From positions 1-48,816 of the forward strand of contig JAQVMQ010000003.1 in assembly GCA_028703535.1 (NCBI GenBank): a DNA stretch of 48,816 nt, read 5' to 3'. The DNA is from Candidatus Omnitrophota bacterium (GTDB lineage: Bacteria > Omnitrophota > Gorgyraeia > Duberdicusellales > 4484-171). Under the pieces are notes generated by a model, which saw only the letters and a program-made list of their open reading frames with translations, did no database searches and was not told where the DNA came from. Positions 28,501-36,384 of the stretch are shown one piece after another. Each line of letters begins with the position of its first letter. Within the stretch, counting starts at the first letter, position 1. A program made the translations under genes and the position numbers.

Positions 28501-29578
28501 TCAATTAACATCGACTGACGAATCATTATTATCAAAGAAAAAGCTCAGAGATGTTATATTGACATCTACCGACAAACAGTTGCTGGAAAAAATTAAAAAG
28601 CGTACAGGAGAAATACTCGAAAAGACTTATGCAAATGATAAAAATTCAAATATATCAAAAACAATCAGTATATTTGACGATACATCCGAATGGGACAAGA
28701 TGCCTCTTGTAACTAAAATCGATGATTTAAGTATGTTTTCAAGGGAAGACTTTGAGGTAATACCGGCTGATACTATTAATAAGCTGTTATCCGATATATT
28801 GAAATTATCCAAAAGTGATGATTTTAATATGTTAAAAAAAATAACATCTATTTTATCGGAGAAACAAAGTATCGTCTCCGATAAACTAAAAAACGAGATC
28901 AACCGAGCCTATATGAATTTTTTTATAAATATAGAAAAAAACGGATCGAGCTATCATGAGATAGTACCGGTTTTTTGTGCTATAGTGTCGCTATTGGAAG
29001 ATAAGGATATGGCGTTCTTTCAAATAACGTTTTTGTCGAGCTTGCTTAAAAACATGCTTTCGATTTTTAAAATTGATAATTTTGATAAAAATATATACGA
29101 AAAGATCCTTATCATTAACTACATATTTGAATACATCTCACTTCCTAAAAAGAATCTCACAGCCGGAGAATTACAAAAAATAAAAAAAGATTTCGCCTTG
29201 GCTAATTATGCGGAAAAACTCTTTAATCTATACATTACAAAACCCCGAATAACGGAATTCATCAATACAGAATTACCTAAGACATATTTGTTTTTTTCTG
29301 ACAGTCCGTTAGTTATTGCTAAAGTGCTTAATGAGAAGATCTCTTCGATAACGGATCCTTTTGAAAATTTTTCTTTCATACAAAAAATATCAAGGTTCAT
29401 TCTTTCTTTAAACAAAGAAGCGTTGTCTGTTATATTTAAAAAGTTATTAACTGAAAAAAATAAAAAGAAAGTTTACGATATGTTTTTACTGCTTCCTGCG
29501 GACATACAGGAATATATAGTTAATGATATTAAAAACGATAAGGAATATATTTCAATAATTAACGATTTTATAAAATAA
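25517..29578 (+). CDS. Giant multidomain protein: N-terminal GGDEF (AGDEF variant) diguanylate-cyclase domain, AAA_16/STAND-like P-loop NTPase, and about 900 aa of helical region of unknown function
   Basis: GGDEF-domain pattern HLTQVYNR...DFDNFKNINDSFGHLAGD...RYAGDEF (AGDEF at 25775-25789). Walker A GSSGIGKS (26165-26188). Walker-B-like SIIIDNFQFID. Confidence 0.75.
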   Translation: MDFKITEAQKGLYLDHLTQVYNRVFLFEKIKPQINEKHPFTLFMIDFDNFKNINDSFGHLAGDKTLVLVSQGIKNIIPKDAVLIRYAGDEFIVVLETPDIDRVKSIAEDILNSIRVLDIDFNNTKINQTLSIGISFYPGESNDLNQLIGNADAALYLSKKRGKNNYAFYNEISIEQMSLKIGLNYFPCSKIINHENIIEELKDMSETNVFGGMLLTGSSGIGKSRIINAVKEHVKKETLFDINPLQKDCLMPFSSLRNGISAYIKKLLALEDVDISLLSDLSNENKKILDFFINPENNFNLLLNNCTTDLINSALLSFFDCIVNKYSKLSIIIDNFQFIDLKSLNFLKMLMESSYSRNVKFYATVLSPLPENINNPEALTKTITEISNIPKIISHEIHPLTKENTREMIDFIFPGLGDNLNFSADIFEISNGQPFFIEELLKLLLVKNFIFHEDGGWNIRDNYQDKIPKTLTEVIRQRLITLDPEIKETILISSLLGETISPELISRINSSNENDVLEILSKANKQKILREDNNTFSFFNPAAKDTALNELSADKKDELFSLASDALLDSYTDNLEEISFQLANIFKNNNDLTRLNSLSQIISKNASNILNSEEILAYLEDISFKRKKAAHTIKIKELSLEDRDLILGFLRHFQAAVNYSGLYPSNNKLRIQIVEDIFKLLELLLSKYSSIEISEVDKNLVVNQIRLTDYYTKGLDLSSITTSFIERNIKTVTFYNGINLEELRNFISVICLNPDEISKIGEWQAIISKNKLTNISINQAVYISEEKSRFAPIKNKIEGAIISDFLLGKLSGKDKSIVPNLDKDTLEILKTVGNKNTLEMLKNISNIPDLSSLAEAPVEPDKSNKQEKPSINTLIKKLEDKHTHLMSLEEVNDYIDNINDIQTSISSLDDAALFLDFLIKSRNKIEEVISPEKKGTKNKDVHKQNSMEITSIIDIFVSETPKNKIEFLKKLSPSEKTTVKIVNTLKNEDIENIVSQLTSTDESLLSKKKLRDVILTSTDKQLLEKIKKRTGEILEKTYANDKNSNISKTISIFDDTSEWDKMPLVTKIDDLSMFSREDFEVIPADTINKLLSDILKLSKSDDFNMLKKITSILSEKQSIVSDKLKNEINRAYMNFFINIEKNGSSYHEIVPVFCAIVSLLEDKDMAFFQITFLSSLLKNMLSIFKIDNFDKNIYEKILIINYIFEYISLPKKNLTAGELQKIKKDFALANYAEKLFNLYITKPRITEFINTELPKTYLFFSDSPLVIAKVLNEKISSITDPFENFSFIQKISRFILSLNKEALSVIFKKLLTEKNKKKVYDMFLLLPADIQEYIVNDIKNDKEYISIINDFIK

Positions 29579-29579
29579 T

Positions 29580-30026
29580 ATGCTATCTGAAAGAAAAAAA
29601 ACAGCACCGCTGGGTAAAATATTACTTCAGCTTAAAAAGATCACTTTCGCCCAATTAGGTCAAGCCCTAATTGTTCAAAAAGAGAAAATGCCGGATAAAC
29701 GAATAGGCGAGATATTGGTTTATCTGTCTTTCATATCAGAAGATGAGTTGGCATATGCGTTAGCGTTACAATATCAATATCCATCGCTTGATCTTAAAAA
29801 CTATTCGATAAATCAAGAAGCTTTGGCATTAATATCAAAAGAAACGGCTGAAAAAAACCTTATACTGCCGCTTGATATTTTTGATGACATATTAACTGTA
29901 ACAGTTCTAAATCCATTGCATAGAGATGTTTTTGATGAAATATCAAAAAACACCGGAAAAGAATTGCGTTTGTTTGTTTCCTCAAGACAGGATATTCTTT
30001 CTGTAATAAATACTTTATATAAATAA
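29580..30026 (+). CDS. Stand-alone T2SSE_N / MshEN-type domain protein
   Basis: Two tandem 24-residue MshEN-like motifs: PLGKILLQLKKITFAQLGQALIVQ and RIGEILVYLSFISEDELAYALALQ. These are followed by the LILPLDIFDDILTVTVLNP GspE N-terminal pattern. 148 aa. Confidence 0.65.
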   Translation: MLSERKKTAPLGKILLQLKKITFAQLGQALIVQKEKMPDKRIGEILVYLSFISEDELAYALALQYQYPSLDLKNYSINQEALALISKETAEKNLILPLDIFDDILTVTVLNPLHRDVFDEISKNTGKELRLFVSSRQDILSVINTLYK

Positions 30027-31252
30027 TGGAAAATACACATAATAAAATCCCGGAGAATGTATCAAATTCTATAGATAAACTTTTGTCTGCTGACTCATTT
30101 GCCCCTGGTTTTGTTAAAAAATTCCTAATGAAATCGGTTGAGCTTAAAGCAAGCGATATCTTTGTTGAGCCGTTGGATAACCAATTGCGTATACGTTTTA
30201 GAATAGACGGTATCTTGCATACTATTGACACTTGTCCGCCAAAAAACGCTCAGTCTGTAGCTAGTTGCATAAAGGTTATTTCTGATTTAGACATTGCCGA
30301 ACACAGATTGCCGCAAGACGGCCGTTTTAGAATATTTATTGATAATAAACCCATAGATTTCCGTGTTTCTGTATTGCCCACAAACATCGGTGAAAAGATA
30401 GTGTTGAGGGTTCTTGATAAAGGCAATATGCGTCTTGACCTTGATACTTTAAATTTTGATAAAGAATGTATTGAGACCTTAAAGCGTAATCTTGCCAAAC
30501 CTTATGGTATGATACTTGCCTGCGGCCCTACAGGAGCGGGGAAGACAACAACATTATATTCAGCCTTGAGTCATATAAATAAAATTGATGTTAACATAAT
30601 GACAGCAGAAGATCCTATTGAATACCAACTTCAGGGTATAAATCAGGTAGCTATACATGAAGATATAGGCTTAACATTCGCGTCTGTTTTGCGTGCAGCC
30701 TTAAGACAGGATCCGGATATAATACTTGTAGGTGAAATACGTGATTTAGAGACAGCGGACGTTGCCGTAAAAGCGGCATTAACTGGTCATTTGGTTTTAT
30801 CGACTTTACATACAACTACGGCTACGGGAGCTGTAATCCGTTTTATCAGTATGGGAGTAGAGCCGTTTCTATTGGCATCATCATGTGTCATGACATCGGC
30901 TCAAGCATTGATGCGTACACTTTGTCCTAAATGCAAAAAACCTCTTAAAGATAAAGATGCCCTCATGGAAGTCTTTAAGTCGGAAGAGTTTATTCCGCAA
31001 AAAGAGCCGGAATTCTTTGAACCTGTAGGTTGTGATTATTGCAGTAAAACCGGGTATAAAGGACGGGTAGGCATAATGGAAATCCTTGAGATAACAAAAG
31101 ATATCCGTGAATTACTTGTAGCAAATGCTGATGAGAACAACATACGTAAAGTAGCCAAAGACGCGGGTATGATAACTATACGTGAAAGGGCATTGCAAAA
31201 AGTTGTGTTAGGGCTTTCGACTATGGATGAGGTATACAGGGTTACGGTATAA
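30026..31252 (+). CDS. GspE/PilB-family ATPase core lacking the N-terminal MshEN/N1 domain
   Basis: Walker A GPTGAGKTTT, Asp box AEDPIEY, Walker B DPDIILVGEIRD, His box LSTLHT. Tetracysteine CPKC...CDYC is typical of PilB/GspE rather than PilT. The start overlaps the upstream stop (TAATG). Confidence 0.8.
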   Translation: MENTHNKIPENVSNSIDKLLSADSFAPGFVKKFLMKSVELKASDIFVEPLDNQLRIRFRIDGILHTIDTCPPKNAQSVASCIKVISDLDIAEHRLPQDGRFRIFIDNKPIDFRVSVLPTNIGEKIVLRVLDKGNMRLDLDTLNFDKECIETLKRNLAKPYGMILACGPTGAGKTTTLYSALSHINKIDVNIMTAEDPIEYQLQGINQVAIHEDIGLTFASVLRAALRQDPDIILVGEIRDLETADVAVKAALTGHLVLSTLHTTTATGAVIRFISMGVEPFLLASSCVMTSAQALMRTLCPKCKKPLKDKDALMEVFKSEEFIPQKEPEFFEPVGCDYCSKTGYKGRVGIMEILEITKDIRELLVANADENNIRKVAKDAGMITIRERALQKVVLGLSTMDEVYRVTV

Positions 31253-31254
31253 AT

Positions 31255-32847
31255 ATGGAAAAATTATCGTCGTTACAAAAAAAACATCTACATACACTTT
31301 GCAAGAATAATTATTATCCTCCGATAGATCTGTCTTCATGTATAATCAACGACGATATTTTGGATTATATACCGGAAAAAATTGCAAAAACACATAATGT
31401 AATACCCATATCATGTATGGGGTATGTATTGACTATAGCCATAGTCGACCCGTTAAACATAGCAACCATAGACAGTCTTAAACTAATAACCCTTATGGAG
31501 ATATCACCGGTAATAGCTGATGAGCAGCAGCTAAAAGCGGCTATTGAGCTAAACTATAAACGAAAAAAAGAGGCAGAGCCTGATACATCATTAATTCCTG
31601 AGGAGCCAGGTGATACTCCTCAAGGATTTGATCAGTTTCAACGCGAACAAATAGATGTTGATAACGTTGCTAAGCTATCAAAAGAAACACGCATAATAAA
31701 TGCCGTTAACAAAATATTATCCGACGCTGTGACTATGCGCGCAAGTGATATACATATTGAACCCTTTGAAAATGAAGTGCGAGTACGTTATAGAATAGAC
31801 GGCATATTACATGAGACTAAAGTTGTTGAAAAACAATTTCAGCCTGCGGTGATTGCGCGTATAAAAATAATGTCACGGCTCGATATTACGCAGCGCAGAA
31901 TACCACAGGATGGTCGTTTTTCTTTCAAAACAAAAACTAAAGAACTGGATGTGCGTGTTTCCACCGTACCTGTGGATTTCGGTGAAAAAATAGTAATGCG
32001 GTTGCTGGATAAAGAAAATATCAATCTTTCAATAGAAAGTCTGGGCTTTTCTGAAGCGGCATACAAGGCGTTTACAGACGCTATAAAAAAACCTCTTGGG
32101 ATGATATTATTAACCGGGCCTACAGGTTCTGGCAAAACTACAACGCTTTATACTTTATTGAATACGTTAAACACTGAGAGCCGCCATCTTTTGACAATAG
32201 AAGACCCAGTGGAATACAACCTCTGGGGTGTTTCTCAGGTGCCTGTACGTCATGAAATAGGTTTGGATTTTTCTCAAATACTGCGTTCAACATTGCGTCA
32301 GTCACCCGATGTAATAATGCTTGGTGAAATACGTGATAGCGAAACGATAGACATTGCAATGAAGGCGGCACTTACGGGCCATATAGTTTTTTCCACGCTC
32401 CATACAAACGATGCACCTTCGGCTATATCCCGTTTGATCAATATGGGTGTTGCGCCTTTTCTAATCTCATTTTCGATAAACCTTATAGCTGCACAGCGGT
32501 TGGTAAGACGTATATGTCCGGCATGCCGGGAATCTTATCAACAAGATCTCTCCGGAAACACCGAAATTCCTTTGCAATACCGAAAAAAAGATGCTATTCT
32601 ATACCGAGGCAAGGGTTGTTCTGAATGCTCAAATACAGGTTATAAAGGGCGCATAGCGGTAATAGAAGCTCTTTCTTTTGATAATACTATACGTGATATG
32701 ATAATAAGAAAAAAATCAACCGAAGAAATACGTGATTACGCTTTAAAAAATACTACTATGCTATCGTTACGTGAAGATGCCAGTGAAAAATGTTTTAAAG
32801 GCGAAACTACTCTTGAAGAGGTATTAAGAGTTACAACAAATATATAA
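31255..32847 (+). CDS. pilB: Type IV pilus assembly ATPase PilB (full-length GspE family)
   Basis: N-terminal T2SSE_N-like region, GPTGSGKTTT, DPDVIMLGEIRD-type motifs, CPAC...CSEC tetracysteine; 530 aa. Confidence 0.85.
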   Translation: MEKLSSLQKKHLHTLCKNNYYPPIDLSSCIINDDILDYIPEKIAKTHNVIPISCMGYVLTIAIVDPLNIATIDSLKLITLMEISPVIADEQQLKAAIELNYKRKKEAEPDTSLIPEEPGDTPQGFDQFQREQIDVDNVAKLSKETRIINAVNKILSDAVTMRASDIHIEPFENEVRVRYRIDGILHETKVVEKQFQPAVIARIKIMSRLDITQRRIPQDGRFSFKTKTKELDVRVSTVPVDFGEKIVMRLLDKENINLSIESLGFSEAAYKAFTDAIKKPLGMILLTGPTGSGKTTTLYTLLNTLNTESRHLLTIEDPVEYNLWGVSQVPVRHEIGLDFSQILRSTLRQSPDVIMLGEIRDSETIDIAMKAALTGHIVFSTLHTNDAPSAISRLINMGVAPFLISFSINLIAAQRLVRRICPACRESYQQDLSGNTEIPLQYRKKDAILYRGKGCSECSNTGYKGRIAVIEALSFDNTIRDMIIRKKSTEEIRDYALKNTTMLSLREDASEKCFKGETTLEEVLRVTTNI

Positions 32848-32851
32848 GACT

Positions 32852-34051
32852 ATGGGATTATTCAACTGGACAGGAATAAATGCTGACGGTAAAAAAGATT
32901 CAGGCACGATAGACGGAGAGAATCTTTCTTCAGTTATCACTCAGCTTAAAGCCCGGAAAATACAAATAACGGATATAAAAGAGATAAAAACCCAGAAAAA
33001 AGTAAGACGGGGGAAGGTAAGGTCAAAGGATCTTGAACTGTTCAGCCGTCAACTTGCATCACTAATACAATCACGTATACAAATAGTCAAAAGTCTTGAT
33101 ATATTGGCTAACCAGGTAGATAATCCATATTTTTCGGAAGTAATACTCTCTGTAAAAAAGAATATCGAAAAGGGTAATTCTTTGGCTATGTCATTTGCCG
33201 AATACCCAAAAGTTTTTTCACCGCTTTTTATAAATATGATCAATGTAGGTGAGTTTAGCGGGAACCTTGATAAAATGCTTAATCGACTGGCAACATATAT
33301 TGAAGGATATAACGCATTGATAAAACGTGTAAAGTCAGCAATGATATATCCTATCGTTGTCTTTGGCATTGCTGCGGTGCTTTTAGCTTTGATCTTTATC
33401 TTTGTTATCCCAGGTTTTAAAAGTATTTTTGACAGTTTAGGCAAAGGCTTACCGCTACCGACTCAGATACTAATAAGCACCAGTGATTTTATTCGTGCAT
33501 ATATTATATATATGGCTATCGGAATAACCGGGCTGATCTTTGGCGCACTGAAATTCTTTTCTTCGGAAAAAGGTAAAAGAATATTTGAAATCATAAGGGC
33601 AAGAATCCCTATTTTTGGTGATTTGCACAAAAAAATGGTACTAGCCCGTTTTACAAAAACTTTGGCGATTTTAATAAAAAGCGGCGTAACAATTATTAAC
33701 GCGCTGGAGATATCGGGTAAAACCGCGGGAAGCTATAAACTTGAAGAAGAACTTATGCCTACCATAACTAACGAAGTTTCCAGAGGTAAAAAGCTTGATA
33801 TCGCCCTTCAAAATTCCGGATTTTTCCCTCCTATGGCCACAAACATGATTGGAGTAGGGGAAGAAGGAGGAGACCTTGGTAATATGCTTGACAGGGTTTC
33901 GGATTTATATGATAAAGATGTAGAAAACGCGACATCTGCTTTATTATCTATTATGGAGCCGCTAATCATAGTTGTTCTAGGGACATTGATAGGCGGAATT
34001 GTTATTTGTTTATTCCTGCCTATCATGAAAATGAGTTCCATGGTAGGATAG
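32852..34051 (+). CDS. pilC: Type IV pilus platform protein PilC (GspF family)
   Basis: Two GspF-type repeats, three transmembrane segments; 399 aa; immediately downstream of pilB. Confidence 0.85.
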   Translation: MGLFNWTGINADGKKDSGTIDGENLSSVITQLKARKIQITDIKEIKTQKKVRRGKVRSKDLELFSRQLASLIQSRIQIVKSLDILANQVDNPYFSEVILSVKKNIEKGNSLAMSFAEYPKVFSPLFINMINVGEFSGNLDKMLNRLATYIEGYNALIKRVKSAMIYPIVVFGIAAVLLALIFIFVIPGFKSIFDSLGKGLPLPTQILISTSDFIRAYIIYMAIGITGLIFGALKFFSSEKGKRIFEIIRARIPIFGDLHKKMVLARFTKTLAILIKSGVTIINALEISGKTAGSYKLEEELMPTITNEVSRGKKLDIALQNSGFFPPMATNMIGVGEEGGDLGNMLDRVSDLYDKDVENATSALLSIMEPLIIVVLGTLIGGIVICLFLPIMKMSSMVG

Positions 34052-34137
34052 AATTCGCCTGTCTTTTTTTATTCTATAATTATTAAGTTTGCATTTTAAT
34101 TCAAGTTTAGTATAATATCTCAAAAATAGGTGAAATT

Positions 34138-35076
34138 ATGCTAAAAAAAATAAATGTATTAATATTAACAATATCTCTTTTTACCGGGATTACATACGCC
34201 TCGACAATAATTTTAAACAATGGAGATACGTTTGAAGGGAATATTGTAGAAAGAACGAAAGATAAAATTACAATTAACGTCCGTGGGATAGAAAAGGAAT
34301 TTAACGCTTCGGAAATATCAAAGATCAAAGGCCGCAGAGCTGTCGCATCTAAAAAAAACCTTGAGGAAAATATTCCGGAAGCAGCCGAACTACAAAAAAC
34401 CACCAAGCCTATCGCTAAAGAAAAACCGTCTGTTAAGATAAATCCAAACCTTGAATTAACATTCCAAAATGCTTTAAGAAATGCCGCTTCAGGGAATTTC
34501 GATACCGCAAAAATAATCTTCAAAGAATTACAGAAAACTGAACAAGACAATGTCAATGTAATTCAGTCACTTAATATAATTGAGGATCTCGATATAAAGA
34601 TCATTTCGGACGAATACGCAAAAGCCTTGTTTAGTGGCGCGTATCTTTATTATATCGAAGATTACGATAACGCTATTAAATCTCTCCAAAAAGCGCTTCA
34701 GTTAAGGCCTGAAAGCTCTGAGATATATTATAATCTTTCCAGTATATATCAGGCGCTTAATGATTATACCAATGCGATCATTTACTTGAAAAAATTATAC
34801 GAGCTTACACCTGCGGATCCTGATGTTGTATTTGATCTGGGTTGTTGCTATTATTTAAAAGAAGATTTCAAAAATGCGATAATCTATTTGAAAAAAGCTA
34901 CGACCATAATACCTGATGATCCTTATATTTATACGTTATTGGGCATGTCCTACTACATGGTTGATAACCGAAAAGACGCTAAAGACATACTCAAACTTGC
35001 ATGTGCCTTTTACGAAAAGGGAAATAATCTAAAAGAATCTGAAAAAATCAAAAAGTTCATAGCGACTATACTCTAA
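34138..35076 (+). CDS. Secreted tetratricopeptide-repeat protein
   Basis: Signal peptide and repeated TPR units (AIKSLQKALQLRPESSEIYYNLSSIYQALNDYTNAIIYLKK...). Confidence 0.6.
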   Translation: MLKKINVLILTISLFTGITYASTIILNNGDTFEGNIVERTKDKITINVRGIEKEFNASEISKIKGRRAVASKKNLEENIPEAAELQKTTKPIAKEKPSVKINPNLELTFQNALRNAASGNFDTAKIIFKELQKTEQDNVNVIQSLNIIEDLDIKIISDEYAKALFSGAYLYYIEDYDNAIKSLQKALQLRPESSEIYYNLSSIYQALNDYTNAIIYLKKLYELTPADPDVVFDLGCCYYLKEDFKNAIIYLKKATTIIPDDPYIYTLLGMSYYMVDNRKDAKDILKLACAFYEKGNNLKESEKIKKFIATIL

Positions 35077-35105
35077 AAACCTAAGATTTTTCAAGCATCT
35101 ATCCC

Positions 35106-35133
35106 TTTACATATACCCTTACAGTGATATAAT
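35106..35133 (+). promoter_or_regulatory. Extended -10 sigma-70 promoter candidate
   Basis: TTTACA (35106-35111), 16-nt spacer, TGaTATAAT (35125-35133). RBS aggaggg lies upstream of the ATG at 35176. Confidence 0.5.
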
Positions 35134-35175
35134 ATTTATATATTTATTTGTTCCGCATGATATTTAGGAGGGATT

Positions 35176-35382
35176 ATGTCACGAAAGGTCAGCAAAAAAT
35201 CTGTTAGAAAAAAGCCCGTAGCTGCTAAGAAAGCCGTATCTAAATCTAAAGCAACAAAGACTATAACCCTAAAACTTACCGGTAACCAGTGGGCATATGT
35301 TAATAAATGGTCCGATAAGGCCAATTTAATACCATCGGAATATGTTAAAAAGATTCTTTTAGATTTTTTGAATATCGAATAA
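35176..35382 (+). CDS. Small basic protein with Lys-rich tail and ribbon-helix-helix-like C-terminus
   Basis: KKSVRKKPVAAKKAVSKSKATK tail, then ITLKLTGNQWAYVNKW...IPSEYVKKILLDFL (beta strand plus two helices). Strong RBS. Confidence 0.4.
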   Translation: MSRKVSKKSVRKKPVAAKKAVSKSKATKTITLKLTGNQWAYVNKWSDKANLIPSEYVKKILLDFLNIE

Positions 35383-35410
35383 CATCTTCTGTTTTTTAAA
35401 ATTAAATAAT

Positions 35411-36370
35411 ATGAATGGAAAAGAGATAAAACTGCCCAAACTGCTTTTAGGCACATGGTCTTTTGGCAACGACAAGTGGTGGGGAGCCCAGTCATCCAAA
35501 CAGTCTCTTGCGACTCTTGAAACGGCATTAGATTGTAATATAAATTTCATTGATACTGCGCCTTGTTACGGTCGCGGCAACTCAGAAAAAATAATAGGCG
35601 AATTCTTAAAATCGCGCAAGCGTAATGATGTATTTATTGCTACAAAGTTAGGACTTTCATGGAAAGATAACAGTCCGGTAATATTCCATGATCTTTCTCC
35701 TGAAAAAATGAAAATAGAACTTGATCTATCACGTAAACGTCTTAATACGGATATTATCGACCTATATCAGATACACTGGCCGGATGAAAATACGCCTATC
35801 GAAAAATATGCAGATATGATGCTCGATTTTTACAATAAGGGCTTTATAAGGTTTATTGGTGTAAGTAATTTTTCCGTTAAGCAAATAACCGAATTCATGC
35901 GTTATTGCCCTTTGCATACTGTTCAGCCTCAATACAGCATGTTCTTTAGAGAGATAGAGGACGAGCTAGTGCCATTTTGTCAGCAAAATAACATAAAGAT
36001 AATAACTTATGCACCTTTATACAGCGGCATATTAACAGGTAAATTCCATTTAAAATCTAAAGCCATACCAACAGATATAAACCGTAAAAATAAGATAAAC
36101 CACTTTAAAGAACCGTTATTTTCAATAGATAAAAAAACACTTCAAAGTCTTGTCGATATTGCCAATAAAGCTGATCTTACAATGGCCCAGTTGGCCATTA
36201 TTTGGAATTTCAGCCAAAACGGGATATCTGCGGCGATATTTGGTGCAAGAAACCCGCAACAAATACGGGAAAACTCCAAAGCATTAAATGTTACTATATC
36301 TGATGATGATATGGTGTTAATAACTAATATACTGAATGAGCGCGACGACGCTATAAAATCAATAAAATAA
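35411..36370 (+). CDS. Aldo/keto reductase
   Basis: LGTWSFG...NFIDTAPCYGRGNSE...YQIHWPD...IGVSNF AKR motifs. Confidence 0.85.
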   Translation: MNGKEIKLPKLLLGTWSFGNDKWWGAQSSKQSLATLETALDCNINFIDTAPCYGRGNSEKIIGEFLKSRKRNDVFIATKLGLSWKDNSPVIFHDLSPEKMKIELDLSRKRLNTDIIDLYQIHWPDENTPIEKYADMMLDFYNKGFIRFIGVSNFSVKQITEFMRYCPLHTVQPQYSMFFREIEDELVPFCQQNNIKIITYAPLYSGILTGKFHLKSKAIPTDINRKNKINHFKEPLFSIDKKTLQSLVDIANKADLTMAQLAIIWNFSQNGISAAIFGARNPQQIRENSKALNVTISDDDMVLITNILNERDDAIKSIK

Positions 36371-36384
36371 AACTAAGAGATAAT

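Noticed and set aside
25517-29578. The GGDEF-STAND protein as an Avs/STAND antiphage defence gene
   Set aside because: There is no nuclease, TIR, protease or other effector domain, and no neighbouring defence or mobile genes. It is embedded in a pilus operon, so a signalling role is more parsimonious.
30026-31252. The 408-aa ATPase as the retraction motor PilT
   Set aside because: It has the CxxC...CxxC tetracysteine cluster and a GspE-type N2 domain characteristic of PilB/GspE extension ATPases. Its size fits PilB minus the N1 domain, not PilT.
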